A stretch of 64,000 nucleotides of DNA from an uncultured Planctomycetota bacterium (GTDB lineage Bacteria; Planctomycetota; Planctomycetia; Isosphaerales; Isosphaeraceae). The translations under genes were made by a program, and so were the position numbers. Shown here piece by piece: positions 1 to 11,200 of this stretch (its first letter is position 1; each line of letters starts with the position of its first letter). Under the pieces are notes generated by a model that was not told where the DNA came from, made no database searches, and worked only from the letters and a program-made list of their open reading frames with translations. The stretch lies in contig CAWGMQ010000011.1 in assembly GCA_963823665.1 (NCBI GenBank), positions 320,001 through 384,000 of the forward strand. The letters are read 5' to 3'.

Positions 1-8
1 GTTTCGCG

Positions 9-2378
9 GTGGGGCAATCCGCGCTTCACGCAGGCCCAACGGCATTCGTGCAGCCCGCGAGCTTCGCGCAGATCGGTGTGCCCGCTGCCGATGGCCGGCT
101 GGAAATCCACGCCGTTGCCGACGCGACGGGCAAGCCCCTCGAAGGCGCCACCGTCGAATGGCAGCTCGGCATCAATAGCGGCAAACTCAACAAAACAACG
201 AGCACAACCGGCAGCGACGGCAAAGCAGACCTGGATTGGCCCAAAGCTGCGACCGTCAATTCACTTTCGGTGACAGCGCGAAAGCCGGGCTTTGCGCCCT
301 ACATCATCCTCTGGGATGACAGCGCACACCCGGTTCGCCTCCCGGCCTCCAAGGTGATGCGCCTCGTGCCGGGAATCACGATCGGCGGCATCGTGAGGGA
401 TGAGGCCGGCAATGCTTTCGCCGGTGCAAAGATCAAGGTATTCGCCCCGGCAACCGAGTCGGAACTGTCGTACGCCCGCTTCACTGTATTCGAAACAACG
501 ACTGACGCCCAGGGCCGCTGGCGGTTCGACGACGCGCCCGCCGATCTGAGCCGCGTGAACGTTGGAATTCAAGCACCCAGGTTTCTAGGCGTCTCGGCCC
601 AGCCGTCGCGCAACCTCACCTTCGTCACGGTTCTCGAGCGCGGCTTCACAGTCAAGGGACGCGTGCTCGACGCCCGCGGCAAGCCCATCCCCGGCGCAAA
701 CGTGAGGGCCGCCAGTCGTTTCACCCTTGGACAAAACACGAAGACCGACTCCGGCGGCGAATTCATCCTGGAAGACTGCCCGCCTGGTGCATCAATCATC
801 ACCGCGCGGGCCGACGGCTTTGCGCCCGATCTCCGCAACTTCCACCCCGAGGACCAGCCCGCAATCGAATTCCGCCTTGGGCCAGGCCACACCCTCCGCG
901 GCAAGGTCGTCGACCGCGAGGGAAAGCCGGTCCCAGGCGCGACGGTTGCCGCCGCCACCTGGCGCAACGAGCGGTCGCTCGATCTCCGCATCGACTCCGG
1001 CCCGGACGGCCGGTTCGAATGGCGAGGCGCGCCCGCCGATGCGGTGCTCTACGACGTCTCCAAGCCGGGCTACGTGGCCCACGGGGGCGTGACGCTCTCC
1101 CCGACAGACACCGAGCAGGTCATCACCCTCGACCCAGAGCTCATCATCTCCGGCCGTGTCAGCGACGCCGCGACCGGCCGCCCGGTCCCGAAGTTCCGCG
1201 TCGTTCGGGGACTGCTGTTCTTGAACAACCCGACCGTGAGCTGGCTGGTTCAGGATGCCGCTGAGTTCGCTGACGGGCATTACCGCATAAAATTTGCCGA
1301 GCCTTACGCCGGCTATGCCCTCCGTGTCGAGGCTTCCGGTTTTAAACCCGCTGAATCTCGCGTGTTCAAGGCCAGCGAGACAACGCCCTCGTTCGACTTC
1401 GTGCTCACCCCCGCCGCCCCATCCGAACGCCTTGCGGGTGTCGTTCTCCGTCCCGACGGCACACCCGCCCCCGGGGTCGAGGTCGCACTCGCCACGCCCG
1501 AGCACCCTCTGACCTTCGAAATCGGCCAGTTCAAGTTCAGCCACGGCAGCGGGATGTCATTCGCGAAAACAGGCCCCTGCGGCCGATTCTCCCTCGACCG
1601 GCGCGGTGCACCCTATCTGCTCGCCGCAACGGGCGACGACGGTTACGCCCAGGCCACGTCCGCCGCGTTCGAGAAGTCGAACACACTGACCCTGATCCGC
1701 TGGGGCAAGATCCGCGGCGAGGCACGGATCGGCCGTAAACCCGCCGCCGGCCAGTTGATCAGCTTCGTTCGCCGCGACCGAAACTTCCAGCCGGGCGACT
1801 TCGATAGCTTCTACCACATCCAAACCCGCACGGACGAGCGCGGCCGTTTCGTCTTTGAGAGGGTGATTCCAGGGCCCTCTGAAGTCGCCCGCGTGGTCGT
1901 CACCGAGCTCGGCAACGGCCAATCGTTAGGCATGGGTTGCTGGCAGGAGCCCGTGGACGTCGCCCCGGGCGACATCGTGCTCGCGCGCATCGGCGGCACG
2001 GGCAGGCCGGTCATCGGCCGCATCAAACTGCCGGACAGCAAGGCCCCGCTCGTCGACTGGCGCCGCAATCGGCCGGCAACGCTCTCAAAGTTACGCTCGG
2101 GCGATCCGGTGCCCCCCGGCGCCGACAAAGACCCCCACTGGGCCGACCGCTTCGCCGCGAGCCTCGACAAGGATGGCCGGTTCCGCATCGACGACGTCCC
2201 GCCCGGCCGTTACTGGCTGGCCGTCAGGATCGATCCTCCTCCGGCGCCGGACGCGCGCGCACAGGCCAGAGAGCTCGGCCTCGTGATCATCTCCGTCGAT
2301 ATTCCCGAAGGCGACAAAGATGTGCCCGTCGACCTGGGCGAGATTGAAGCCAAGGAACCCAGGCCCGGCAAACGCTGA
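9..2378 (+). CDS. Carboxypeptidase-regulatory-like (transthyretin-like beta-sandwich) repeat protein, probably 5'-truncated by the window edge
   Basis: 789-aa ORF with repeated G-x-V-x-D-x-x-G-x-P-(I/V)-x-G-A-x-V ... T-D-x-x-G-R-F units (e.g. GRVLDARGKPIPGANV, GKVVDREGKPVPGATV). The frame is open to the window start. This domain type often forms the C-terminal part of planctomycete ECF or M56 proteins. Confidence 0.8.
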   Translation: MGQSALHAGPTAFVQPASFAQIGVPAADGRLEIHAVADATGKPLEGATVEWQLGINSGKLNKTTSTTGSDGKADLDWPKAATVNSLSVTARKPGFAPYIILWDDSAHPVRLPASKVMRLVPGITIGGIVRDEAGNAFAGAKIKVFAPATESELSYARFTVFETTTDAQGRWRFDDAPADLSRVNVGIQAPRFLGVSAQPSRNLTFVTVLERGFTVKGRVLDARGKPIPGANVRAASRFTLGQNTKTDSGGEFILEDCPPGASIITARADGFAPDLRNFHPEDQPAIEFRLGPGHTLRGKVVDREGKPVPGATVAAATWRNERSLDLRIDSGPDGRFEWRGAPADAVLYDVSKPGYVAHGGVTLSPTDTEQVITLDPELIISGRVSDAATGRPVPKFRVVRGLLFLNNPTVSWLVQDAAEFADGHYRIKFAEPYAGYALRVEASGFKPAESRVFKASETTPSFDFVLTPAAPSERLAGVVLRPDGTPAPGVEVALATPEHPLTFEIGQFKFSHGSGMSFAKTGPCGRFSLDRRGAPYLLAATGDDGYAQATSAAFEKSNTLTLIRWGKIRGEARIGRKPAAGQLISFVRRDRNFQPGDFDSFYHIQTRTDERGRFVFERVIPGPSEVARVVVTELGNGQSLGMGCWQEPVDVAPGDIVLARIGGTGRPVIGRIKLPDSKAPLVDWRRNRPATLSKLRSGDPVPPGADKDPHWADRFAASLDKDGRFRIDDVPPGRYWLAVRIDPPPAPDARAQARELGLVIISVDIPEGDKDVPVDLGEIEAKEPRPGKR

Positions 2379-2482
2379 GCCGGCGTCGCACGACCGGAAA
2401 TTCAAAATTCACGGATCCACTTGCCGCGTCCGCGCCATTACTATGGGTGAAGGAAAGGCAGCGCAGGTGGAGAATCACGATC

Positions 2483-4726
2483 GTGCCGAAATCAACAACC
2501 GCCAAAGTCTACCGTGGAATTCGCACGCTCTACGGCGTGGGAACCATTCGCGACCTGGGTGATGGCCAGCTCCTGGAGCGCTTCGCCACCGATGCAGGCG
2601 AGGCCGCCGAGCTGGCCTTCGCGGTGCTCGTCGAGCGGCATGGCCCGATGGTGTTGCGAGTCTGCCACAGCGTCCTTTCCGACTGGCACGACACCGAAGA
2701 CGCCTTCCAGGCCACGTTTCTCGTCCTGGTGCAGAAAGCGAGAGGGCTCTGGGTGCAAGATTCGCTCGGGCCGTGGCTCCATCAGGTTGCGGTGCGAACC
2801 GCGTCGGCCGCGCGGGTAGCGGCTTCCCGCCGCCGCCGCTGTGACGAACAGGCAGCCGCCCAACGAATGGAGGTTGGCCGCCCCGCGGCCGATCCCGAAG
2901 CTCTCGAATTCTTGCACGAAGAGATCGAGCGGCTGCCGGACCGGTTCCGGCTTCCGCTGGTCCTTTGTGATCTCGAAGAACGCAGCCATCAACAAGCTGC
3001 CCGGCACCTCGGCTGGCCGATCGGAACCGTCAAGAGCCGTCTGGCTCGCGGTCGCGAGCAGCTTCGCAACCGCCTCGTCCGCCGCGGCCTGTCTCCCGGC
3101 ACCGGCTTCCTCTTCGCCGCGGCCCGGCACGAACCATCGCTCGCCGTTCGTCTGCCCGGCCTGGTCGATACCACGGCACGGGCCGCCCTGCTAGCCACCT
3201 CGACCCCCGCAATCGCCGTGAGCTCAATCGGCACGCTCACACACGCCGTGGTTCGAACGCTGACCGCCGCACGATGGGTAAAAGCGGGATCGCTCGTTCT
3301 GGCCGTCGGTGCCGCGGGTGCAGGTAGTGGATTTCTGCTCGGGCAGAAAGATAAGCAAACAAGCAGCCCGAAAGCGCCGGCCGCTGTGAAGCAAAAGTCG
3401 ACCGACGATTTTCCAAACGGCACGATCGCGGGCATCAAATTCGAAGGGACGACAGTGCCGACTGCGAGCATCGTTCCGCGACTCCTCAGCCAGCCGGGCC
3501 AGCCGCTGGATCGGCAACGGTTGGAGGCCGACCTGAAGACTCTGCTAGGAACAGGGTGGTTCCTGGACGCAACTTACTCGCTCGACGAAGCGCCCCCCAA
3601 GAGCGGAAAATACGCGGTCACATTCATGCTCCGCGATCAGCTACCCACCGCGACCGTGACGGAAGGCAAGCTTCATCCCGTTCTGTCCGAGCCGGGCATT
3701 GTGACGCGGGCAAACACGCTCGCTGCGCTTAACCATGTCGAGGGCGAGTCGGTCATTCGCTCGATCCTGCCGGATGGATCAGCGGTGAACAAGGGTGATC
3801 TCGTCTGCACGCTCGATTCGGGAGCGCTCCAGGTTCAACTCGACGGCCAGTTGAGAAAGATCAAAGAGGCCGAAAGGGCTTATGAAGCCGCGGTCGCCGC
3901 GCGCGGACGCCCAGGGAGCGTTGAACGATTACACGGGCGCGGGTGCCGCACTCAAGAGCAGAGTCCTGAAGGCGCTCGAGGACCACCTCCAGGATCAGAA
4001 AGCCAACGAACAGGCGAAGCAGGAGGCGCGCGATGCGGAAAAGAGAACGGCGGCAAAGCTGAGCGCCAGATCAAGAACTGTTACATCATCGCTCCCACCG
4101 GTGGCATCGTCGTCTACGCGAACGATACGCGATTCAACAACCGCCCCCAGATCGCCAACGGCGCCACGGTCCGCGAGCGTCAAATCATCTTCCAGATCCC
4201 GGACGTGACGAGCCCGCTGCGGGTGGTGACGCATCTGCCGCAGTGGAGCATCGGCCGCCTCAAGCGCGGCTCGGTCGTGACGATCCGCTACGGCGGCCTC
4301 CTTCAAGCCATCCAGGTCTTGACCGGCAAGATCGACGAGATCGCCCCCCTCCCGGACACTGCGAGTTATCTCTACCACGGCCCGTCCCTCTACACGACGC
4401 GGATCAGTCTCGACGAGCCGCCGCCCGACCTTGTTCCGGATACGAACGTGCGCGTCGAAATTGACCTTGGCGAGTTCGACAACGTGCTCACCGTGCCGGT
4501 CGATGCGGTCGTTGTCTTCCAGCGCAAGGACCATGTTGCGGTGAAGACCGCCTCCGGCAGTTTCGAGTGGCGCGACGTGGCGCTAGGTGCGACGGACGGC
4601 GCCTCGATCGAGGTGACGAAAGGCGTGAAAAGCGGCGAGGTCGTCCTCCGCGAGCCGGCCAAGGTGCTCCCCGGTGTTGAGAAGGGTGTTTCCAATCTGC
4701 CGGCCAGGCCCGTTCTCCCTCGATGA
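2483..4726 (+). CDS. ECF (ECF57-like) RNA polymerase sigma factor fused to a TM segment, a POTRA-like domain and an efflux MFP/HlyD-type periplasmic adaptor domain
   Basis: Sigma region 2: DGQLLERF...AFAVLVERHGPMVLRVC...EDAFQATFLVL. Region 4: LHEEIERLPDRFRLPLVLCDLE...AARHLGWPIGTVKSRLARGREQLR. Hydrophobic segment at ~3280-3340, POTRA-like at 3419-3640, MFP lipoyl half-motifs LPDGSAVNKGDLVCTLD and IIAPTGGIVVY, C-terminal LTVPVDAV...GVKSGEVV. GTG at 2483 follows a GGAG (the ORF track starts at 2447). Two compensating indels at ~3905 and ~4060. Confidence 0.85.
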   Translation: MPKSTTAKVYRGIRTLYGVGTIRDLGDGQLLERFATDAGEAAELAFAVLVERHGPMVLRVCHSVLSDWHDTEDAFQATFLVLVQKARGLWVQDSLGPWLHQVAVRTASAARVAASRRRRCDEQAAAQRMEVGRPAADPEALEFLHEEIERLPDRFRLPLVLCDLEERSHQQAARHLGWPIGTVKSRLARGREQLRNRLVRRGLSPGTGFLFAAARHEPSLAVRLPGLVDTTARAALLATSTPAIAVSSIGTLTHAVVRTLTAARWVKAGSLVLAVGAAGAGSGFLLGQKDKQTSSPKAPAAVKQKSTDDFPNGTIAGIKFEGTTVPTASIVPRLLSQPGQPLDRQRLEADLKTLLGTGWFLDATYSLDEAPPKSGKYAVTFMLRDQLPTATVTEGKLHPVLSEPGIVTRANTLAALNHVEGESVIRSILPDGSAVNKGDLVCTLDSGALQVQLDGQLRKIKEAERAYEAAVAARGRPGSVERLHGRGCRTQEQSPEGARGPPPGSESQRTGEAGGARCGKENGGKAERQIKNCYIIAPTGGIVVYANDTRFNNRPQIANGATVRERQIIFQIPDVTSPLRVVTHLPQWSIGRLKRGSVVTIRYGGLLQAIQVLTGKIDEIAPLPDTASYLYHGPSLYTTRISLDEPPPDLVPDTNVRVEIDLGEFDNVLTVPVDAVVVFQRKDHVAVKTASGSFEWRDVALGATDGASIEVTKGVKSGEVVLREPAKVLPGVEKGVSNLPARPVLPR

Positions 4727-5235
4727 TCGAGCGGACTTTCGGTTCGTTCGTGCCCCAATCGCGCGGCGAAGCGCTTCGATGACCAGGTCGTCTTGATGCT
4801 GCGCGCCGCGCGCCGGATCGCTTCCCGACGGCTTTTCAAGGGTGAAGTCCGCGATCGGAGGCCCGGGTTCGCGCCAACGGATTGTGATCGTCCGGAGAAA
4901 ATCGAGGTCAATCCGAGGTCGATCCTTGCAAACTCGCTCAATGGATCTTAACGTGCTATACCGCAGTCACGTCGATCGCAATGGATTGTCATCCGCGATA
5001 GGTGTCGATCGCTCTCATCTGGCAACGTCACCAGTTCGTTCTCGGCCATGTCATTGGCCACCACCAAGCTCAGGATGGTTTGGGACTCCTGCATCACCAT
5101 GTCGAAGATTCGAGCATGAGGAATGTCCGCGCCTCGATTGGCATCGTGCGAGAGACGAGCAATCACGCGAGTGTGTGAAAGTAACGATCACGAGGAGAGT
5201 GACCCGATCCGACCGGGTTTCCAGGGAGCGCATCA

Positions 5236-8200
5236 ATGAGCTTCAACCAAGATCGTTTCGAAAAGAAGACGGCGAGGAGAAAGGGCCAGCGCATCCATCG
5301 CGTCCTCGCTGGGAGAAACCGGCGCAGGTGGCGGCAGCATTTTGAAATGCTGGAAGATCGAACCCTGTTGACCCTTCCGGCGGCATCGATCAATAGCGTC
5401 TCGATCGTCCTCACGCCGCCCGGGCCGACCTCCGTCTCTGGGAAACTCAACCCCGGCAATGCGATGGCCGTCTACCAGATCGAGGGCACTTCCGGGGAAA
5501 GACTCCTGTTCCACAACGTCTCGACGACTTCTTCGAACGGAAGCTGGCTACTGCTCGGCGAAGCGGGCAATGAGGTTGCCGGCACCGGCATCGCTTCCGA
5601 CTTCACGGCCAACTTGACGGCCACCGGCACCTATTACCTCGAGCTGGTCGGCAACATCACCGGCGAGATCGATTACTCATTCCAGGTGTCGGATACGAGC
5701 GACTCCCCGGTGCCGACCTCCGGGCTGGGAGTTCCCGAATCCGGCTCGCTGGCCGGCGGTACGAGTGCGACCTTCACATTCACCGCACCGGCGGGATTAC
5801 CCGTTTATTTCAACAGCTTCGACCGCTCGAACGGTCCCGTTTCGGTCACGCTCTCCGACCCCGGCAACAATACCGTCTTCTCCGGCAACGGCTCAAACAA
5901 CGAAGGGCCATATGTCCTGACATCCTCCGGGACCTACACCCTTTCCCTGCAAAACTCCAGCGGCTCATCCGGGACATACAGCTTCGACATGCTCTCGCTG
6001 CCGGCCGCGGCCACATCGCTGGCGCTTGGGCCAACTCAGACGGTCGCTGGAACTCTCGCCGCCGGCACTAACACCGAGGTATACAGCTTTGAGGGCGCCT
6101 CGGGCGAACATCTCTTCCTCGATAACGAGCAGAATCTCGGCGATCCGGTCTACTATTGGCTGATCGGCCCTGACGGGAGTCAGATATTCAATATCAACTC
6201 GAACAGCGATGCCGGCCCGCTCACTCTGACCGAAAGCGGAACGTACTACCTGCTCGTCGACGGCGAAGCGTCCTCATCAATCAATTATCAGTTCCGCATC
6301 ACCGACACGGCCTACGCGCCGCTTGCCTTCAACACTCCGACGACGGGCTCACTCAACCCGGCTCCGGCGACGGATGTGTACAGCTTCGCCGGCACCGCCG
6401 GAGAAAAAGTGAGCTTCGAGTCGTTCAACGATTCGAACGGCTATTACGGCGCCTCGTGGGCACTCTACGGACCGAACGACCAGCTTCTAGCAAACCCCTA
6501 CTACACCGGCAACTTTTCAGCGACGCTACCGTCCGATGGCAACTACACACTGGTCGTGCCCAACAACGTGCCGGACGGCCCGTCGACTTACAGCTTCGAA
6601 GTCTACCAGAATGTCGATCCGACGAGCACCCTGACGCTCGCCGCGCCGGTGAGCGGCACCATCGTCAATCCCAGTGATCTTGCCACTTACACGTTTACCG
6701 GCACGGTCGGCCAGACCCTTTATTTCAGCGCCAACAATTCGGCATCGGGGACCTACGTCCAGCTCACCGGGCCCTTCGGCGAGTCGATCCTGAACCAGTA
6801 CATAGGCTACTACTATTATACCTACGAGAATTCCAGTCAGTTCACCGTGCCGGCATCCGGTACCTACACCCTGACCATCTCGAACCAGTATGGCGACACC
6901 GGTCCTTACAACTTCGTGCTGAGCGACGTGGCCTCCGCGACACCGCTGGCGCTCTCCGCCGGAGCCGGCACGCCGGTGAGCGACTCCATCGCCTTGGGGC
7001 TCGGCGTCAACATTTACAAGTTCAGCGGCAGCTCCGGCGAGAGCCTGTACTTTCAGGCTCAGAGTCAGTCCGCCGAATACAGTGACCTCTACTGGACCCT
7101 CTACGGGCCGGCCAACCAGTACTTGGACGGCGGCACATACTGGTATGACTTCACGTCTACATTGCCCTCCAGCGGCACGTATTCTCTGGTCGTCGGCGGC
7201 ACGAATCCGTCCAACACGTCGGGAGTCAGCTTTAACTTCGAGGTCTATGACAACGTCGATCCCGTAGCGCCCTTGACGCTGGGCACCCCCATTATGGGAA
7301 CGATCGCCAATCCCGGCGACGAGGCGAGCTACACCTTCACCGGCACCGTCGGCGAGACCTTGTTCTACCACGGCCTGAATACAACATACAATTCGACAGA
7401 CGTAAGATTGAACACACCGCTGGGAACGGAGAACATCCTCGACGAGAACACGAGTTACTCATCGACGCCGTTTGTTCTGCCCTTCACGGGGGAGTATGCC
7501 CTGAAGGTCTACGGCTCCGGTTCCTCGACCGGCGATTACCAGTTCGTTCTGGACGACGCGTCTGCTGCGCCTTCGCTCGCGCTTTCTCCCGGCAACGGCG
7601 TCACCGTGAGCGACTCGATCCCCGGTGGGCTTTCGGCCAACGTCTATCAGTTGAGCGGGACCGACGGTGAGCTGCTCTACGTGGACCCGTTGTCGGAATC
7701 AACCGGCGAGTCATACGACTTGGAATGGATGCTGTACGGGCCGGATGGTCAAGAAGTCGATAACAGCTACGGCTGGTATTCAGATAGTGCGGCCTTGCAG
7801 TACACCGGCCCCTATTATCTGGTCGTCGAAGGGACGAACTCCGCCAATACGTCGGGGCTCGATTATCAATTTGCCGTCTACGACAACGTGGACCCGACGT
7901 TTCCGCTCACTCTGGGTGTTCCCGCTGGCGGAACGATCACCAACCCCGGCGACGAGGCCACGTTCACTTTCACCGGCGCGATTGGCCAGAGTCTCTTCTT
8001 TGCCGGCCTGGATGGAGCACCGGTGGCCTACGCGCAGGTGGAGAGCCCCAGCGGGCAGGTGATCTTCAGCTCGGAGACCAACCAGAGCGACGGCCATGTC
8101 CAGTTGACGCAGGCGGGTACGTACACGGTCGCCGTCAAGGGCTCCGGAACGGCCACAGGGGCGTTCAACTTCGAGCTGGAGGACGACTCGTCGGCGCCTT

Positions 8201-11200
8201 CGCTGGCGCTCGTGCCCGGAAGCGGCACGACCGAGAGCGACTCAATTGCGACCGGACTTTCCACGAATCTCTATCAAATTAGCGGTACGGCCGGCGAAGC
8301 TCTTTACTTCCAGGCGCAGACGGAGTCGGGTGCCCCGGACGACCTCGAGTGGGAGTTGTGGGCGCCAGGCGGGGAATCGATCGGCGGCAGCTCGGGTCCG
8401 TGGGGCGGCTTCTCGGCAACGCTGCCGGGCGACGGCACCTACATCCTGGCCGTGAGCGGAACGAATCCGCTCAACACAACGGGTGTGAGCTACAGCTTCG
8501 AGGTCTTCGACGACGTCGACACATCCTCATCGCTCTCACTCGGCACAACGACGGCCGGTACGATTTTGATCCCGGGAGACACGGTCACCTACACGTTCGC
8601 CGGCACGGCCGGCCAGAGCCTGTTTCTGGACGTCTTGAGCACCGATCCAGTAATGGGCGCACAGATCGAAGATCCCGATGGATACACGATCTTCTCGTTA
8701 CCCTCCGTCCCGGTTCCAGTCGTTCTTGCGACCACGGGCACGTATTCGCTGACGCTTTTCGGTGACAACGGGGCGACCGGAAATTATTCGTTCGTGCTTG
8801 CGGATGCCTCCACCGGAACGACGCTCTCACCGGGTGAGACCGCAACGACCGTGAGCGGGACGATCACGCCCGGCACGGGTTTCGCGATCTATCAGTTCAT
8901 GGGGACCACCGGCGAAACGGTGAACCTGACGAGCGACAGTTTCTCGTCGACCGCGGGAAACTGGTTCGTCGTCGATCCTTACGACACGCAGTTGGCCACC
9001 GCCTCGTTCGGCACCAGCTTCACGGCCAGTTTATCCATCTCGGGCCTGTACACGCTGGTGCTCGCCGGCAGCGATTCGACCGATCAAAACGTGACCTACT
9101 CGTTCGACATTTCCGAGACGATGCCCACGCAGGTCATCGAGAGCGGGCTTCCCATGACGGAGTCGGGATCGCTCGATGCGGGCGACTCGATCAGCTTCAC
9201 ATTCACGGCGCCCGCGGGTCTGCCTCTGGAATTCAACAGCCTCGATCGTTCGTACGGGCCGATCACGGCCGAGCTCGTTGACCCGAACGACAACACGATC
9301 TTTTCTTCGGATTATGCGTCATACAATGAGGGCCCGTTCATCCTCTCGGTGCCCGGCACCTACACACTTACGCTCGAGAGCACCGACACCTCCGGCTCCG
9401 ACCCTTACAGCTTCGTGCTCGAATCGCTCGCAGATGCCGCGACCAGTCTCACGATCGGCTCGGTCGCCAGCGGAACGCTTGACCCGGGCACGACCACCGC
9501 GATCTTTAGCTTCACCGGCACGGCCGGGGAAAACCTGTTCCTCGACAACCAGGTGAACCCGGGCAACCCGGTTTATCTGTCGCTCTACGACCCGGGGCTC
9601 GAGGAAATCGACTATCTCTATTCGTATGACGACAGCCGCCCACTCACCTTGACGACGAGCGGCACCTATTACGTGCTCGTCGACGGCGAGTCGACGGACG
9701 GCCCCATCGACTACCAGTTCAGCCTCGTCGATCCCACAGCCAACCCGATCGCGATCGGCGCCGTCGCAAACGGCACGCTGAGCCCGGCGGCCGACGCCGA
9801 TGCCTACACGTTCACGGGCACCGCGGGAACGCGGCTCACGTTCGACTTCCTGAGTGAAAGCAACGGCTCTGATGGAGCGAGCCTCACCCTCTATGGACCC
9901 AATAACGACGGCATCGCGTACTCGTATTACTACGACCAGGGCCTGACGGCCACGCTGCCCGTTACAGGCAACTACACGCTGGTGGTCACCAATGAGTATT
10001 ACGATGGCCCCTCGACCTACAGCCTCACGTCGTACGTGAACGTCGTCACGCCGAACACACTCACTCTGGGCACTCCGGAGAGCGGGACACTCGCCAATCC
10101 GGGCGACCTGGCCACGTACACCTTCACCGGCTCGGTCGGTCAGACCCTCTTGCTCGAAGGCCTCACCTCGAGCTACGGAACCCTGGCCCAGCTCACGGCG
10201 CCCGACGGCAATTCGATCGTAAACCAGAACATCGGTAACAGTTATTACAACTACGAAAACTCCAGTGTGTTCACCCTGAGCGAGTCCGGCACTTATACGC
10301 TCACCATCTCCAACGAGTACGACGAGTCGGGCACCTACGACTTCGTCATCGAGGACACCTCGACAGCCACGCCCATCACGCTCACGTCGGGCGCAGGCAC
10401 GCCGGTGAGCGACTCGCTTGCAATGGGCGTCTCCGCCAACATCTATCAGTTGAGCGGAACGGCCGGCGAGCGCCTCTACTTTCAAGCGCAGACGCAGTCG
10501 GCCGGCTATACCGATCTCGACTGGGCGCTTTATGGACCCAACAACCAGTTCGTGGGCAGCGGCTACTACTGGTATAACTTCCCGGCGACGCTGGCTTCCA
10601 CCGGTACTTTTCACCTCATCGTTTACGGCACCAATCCCTCGAACACGTCCGGGGTAACCTACAACTTCGAGGTCTACGATAACATCGATCCCTCATCCGC
10701 GCTCCCGCTCAACACGGCCGTCATGGGCACGATCGCGAACCCAGACGACGAGACCACCTACACCTTCACGGGCACTGCGGGGCAAACCCTGTATTTTAAC
10801 GGGCTCGACTCAGCCCAGGACTTGTACGCCGAGCTCATCGGTCCCGGCGGCAATGAAGTTTTCTACCAGTATATCGGCTACAATTATTATACATATGACG
10901 ACTATGGCCCGTTCACCCTCTCGGCGTCAGGCACCTTCACGCTGACCATCTCGAGCGAAGATGGCGACACGGGCAGCTTTAGCTTCATACTGGACGACAC
11001 CGCCGCAGCTTCGTCCATCGCCGTATCTTCGGGCCCCGGGACGGCGGTGAGCGACACGATCGCCACCGGTCTTTCCGCAAACACCTATAAGATCAGCGGG
11101 ACGGCCGGCGAGCGGCTCTACTTCGAGGCCCAGACCGAGTCGGGGGGCTATTATGACCTCTACTGGACGCTGTACGGGCCCGACGACGAGGAGATCACCT

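Noticed and set aside
4727..5235. 167-aa ORF 4842-5345, or a riboswitch in the leader of the giant gene
   Set aside because: The ORF overlaps the real start out of frame and has no motifs. No riboswitch consensus was recognisable by eye; an Rfam/Infernal scan would be needed.
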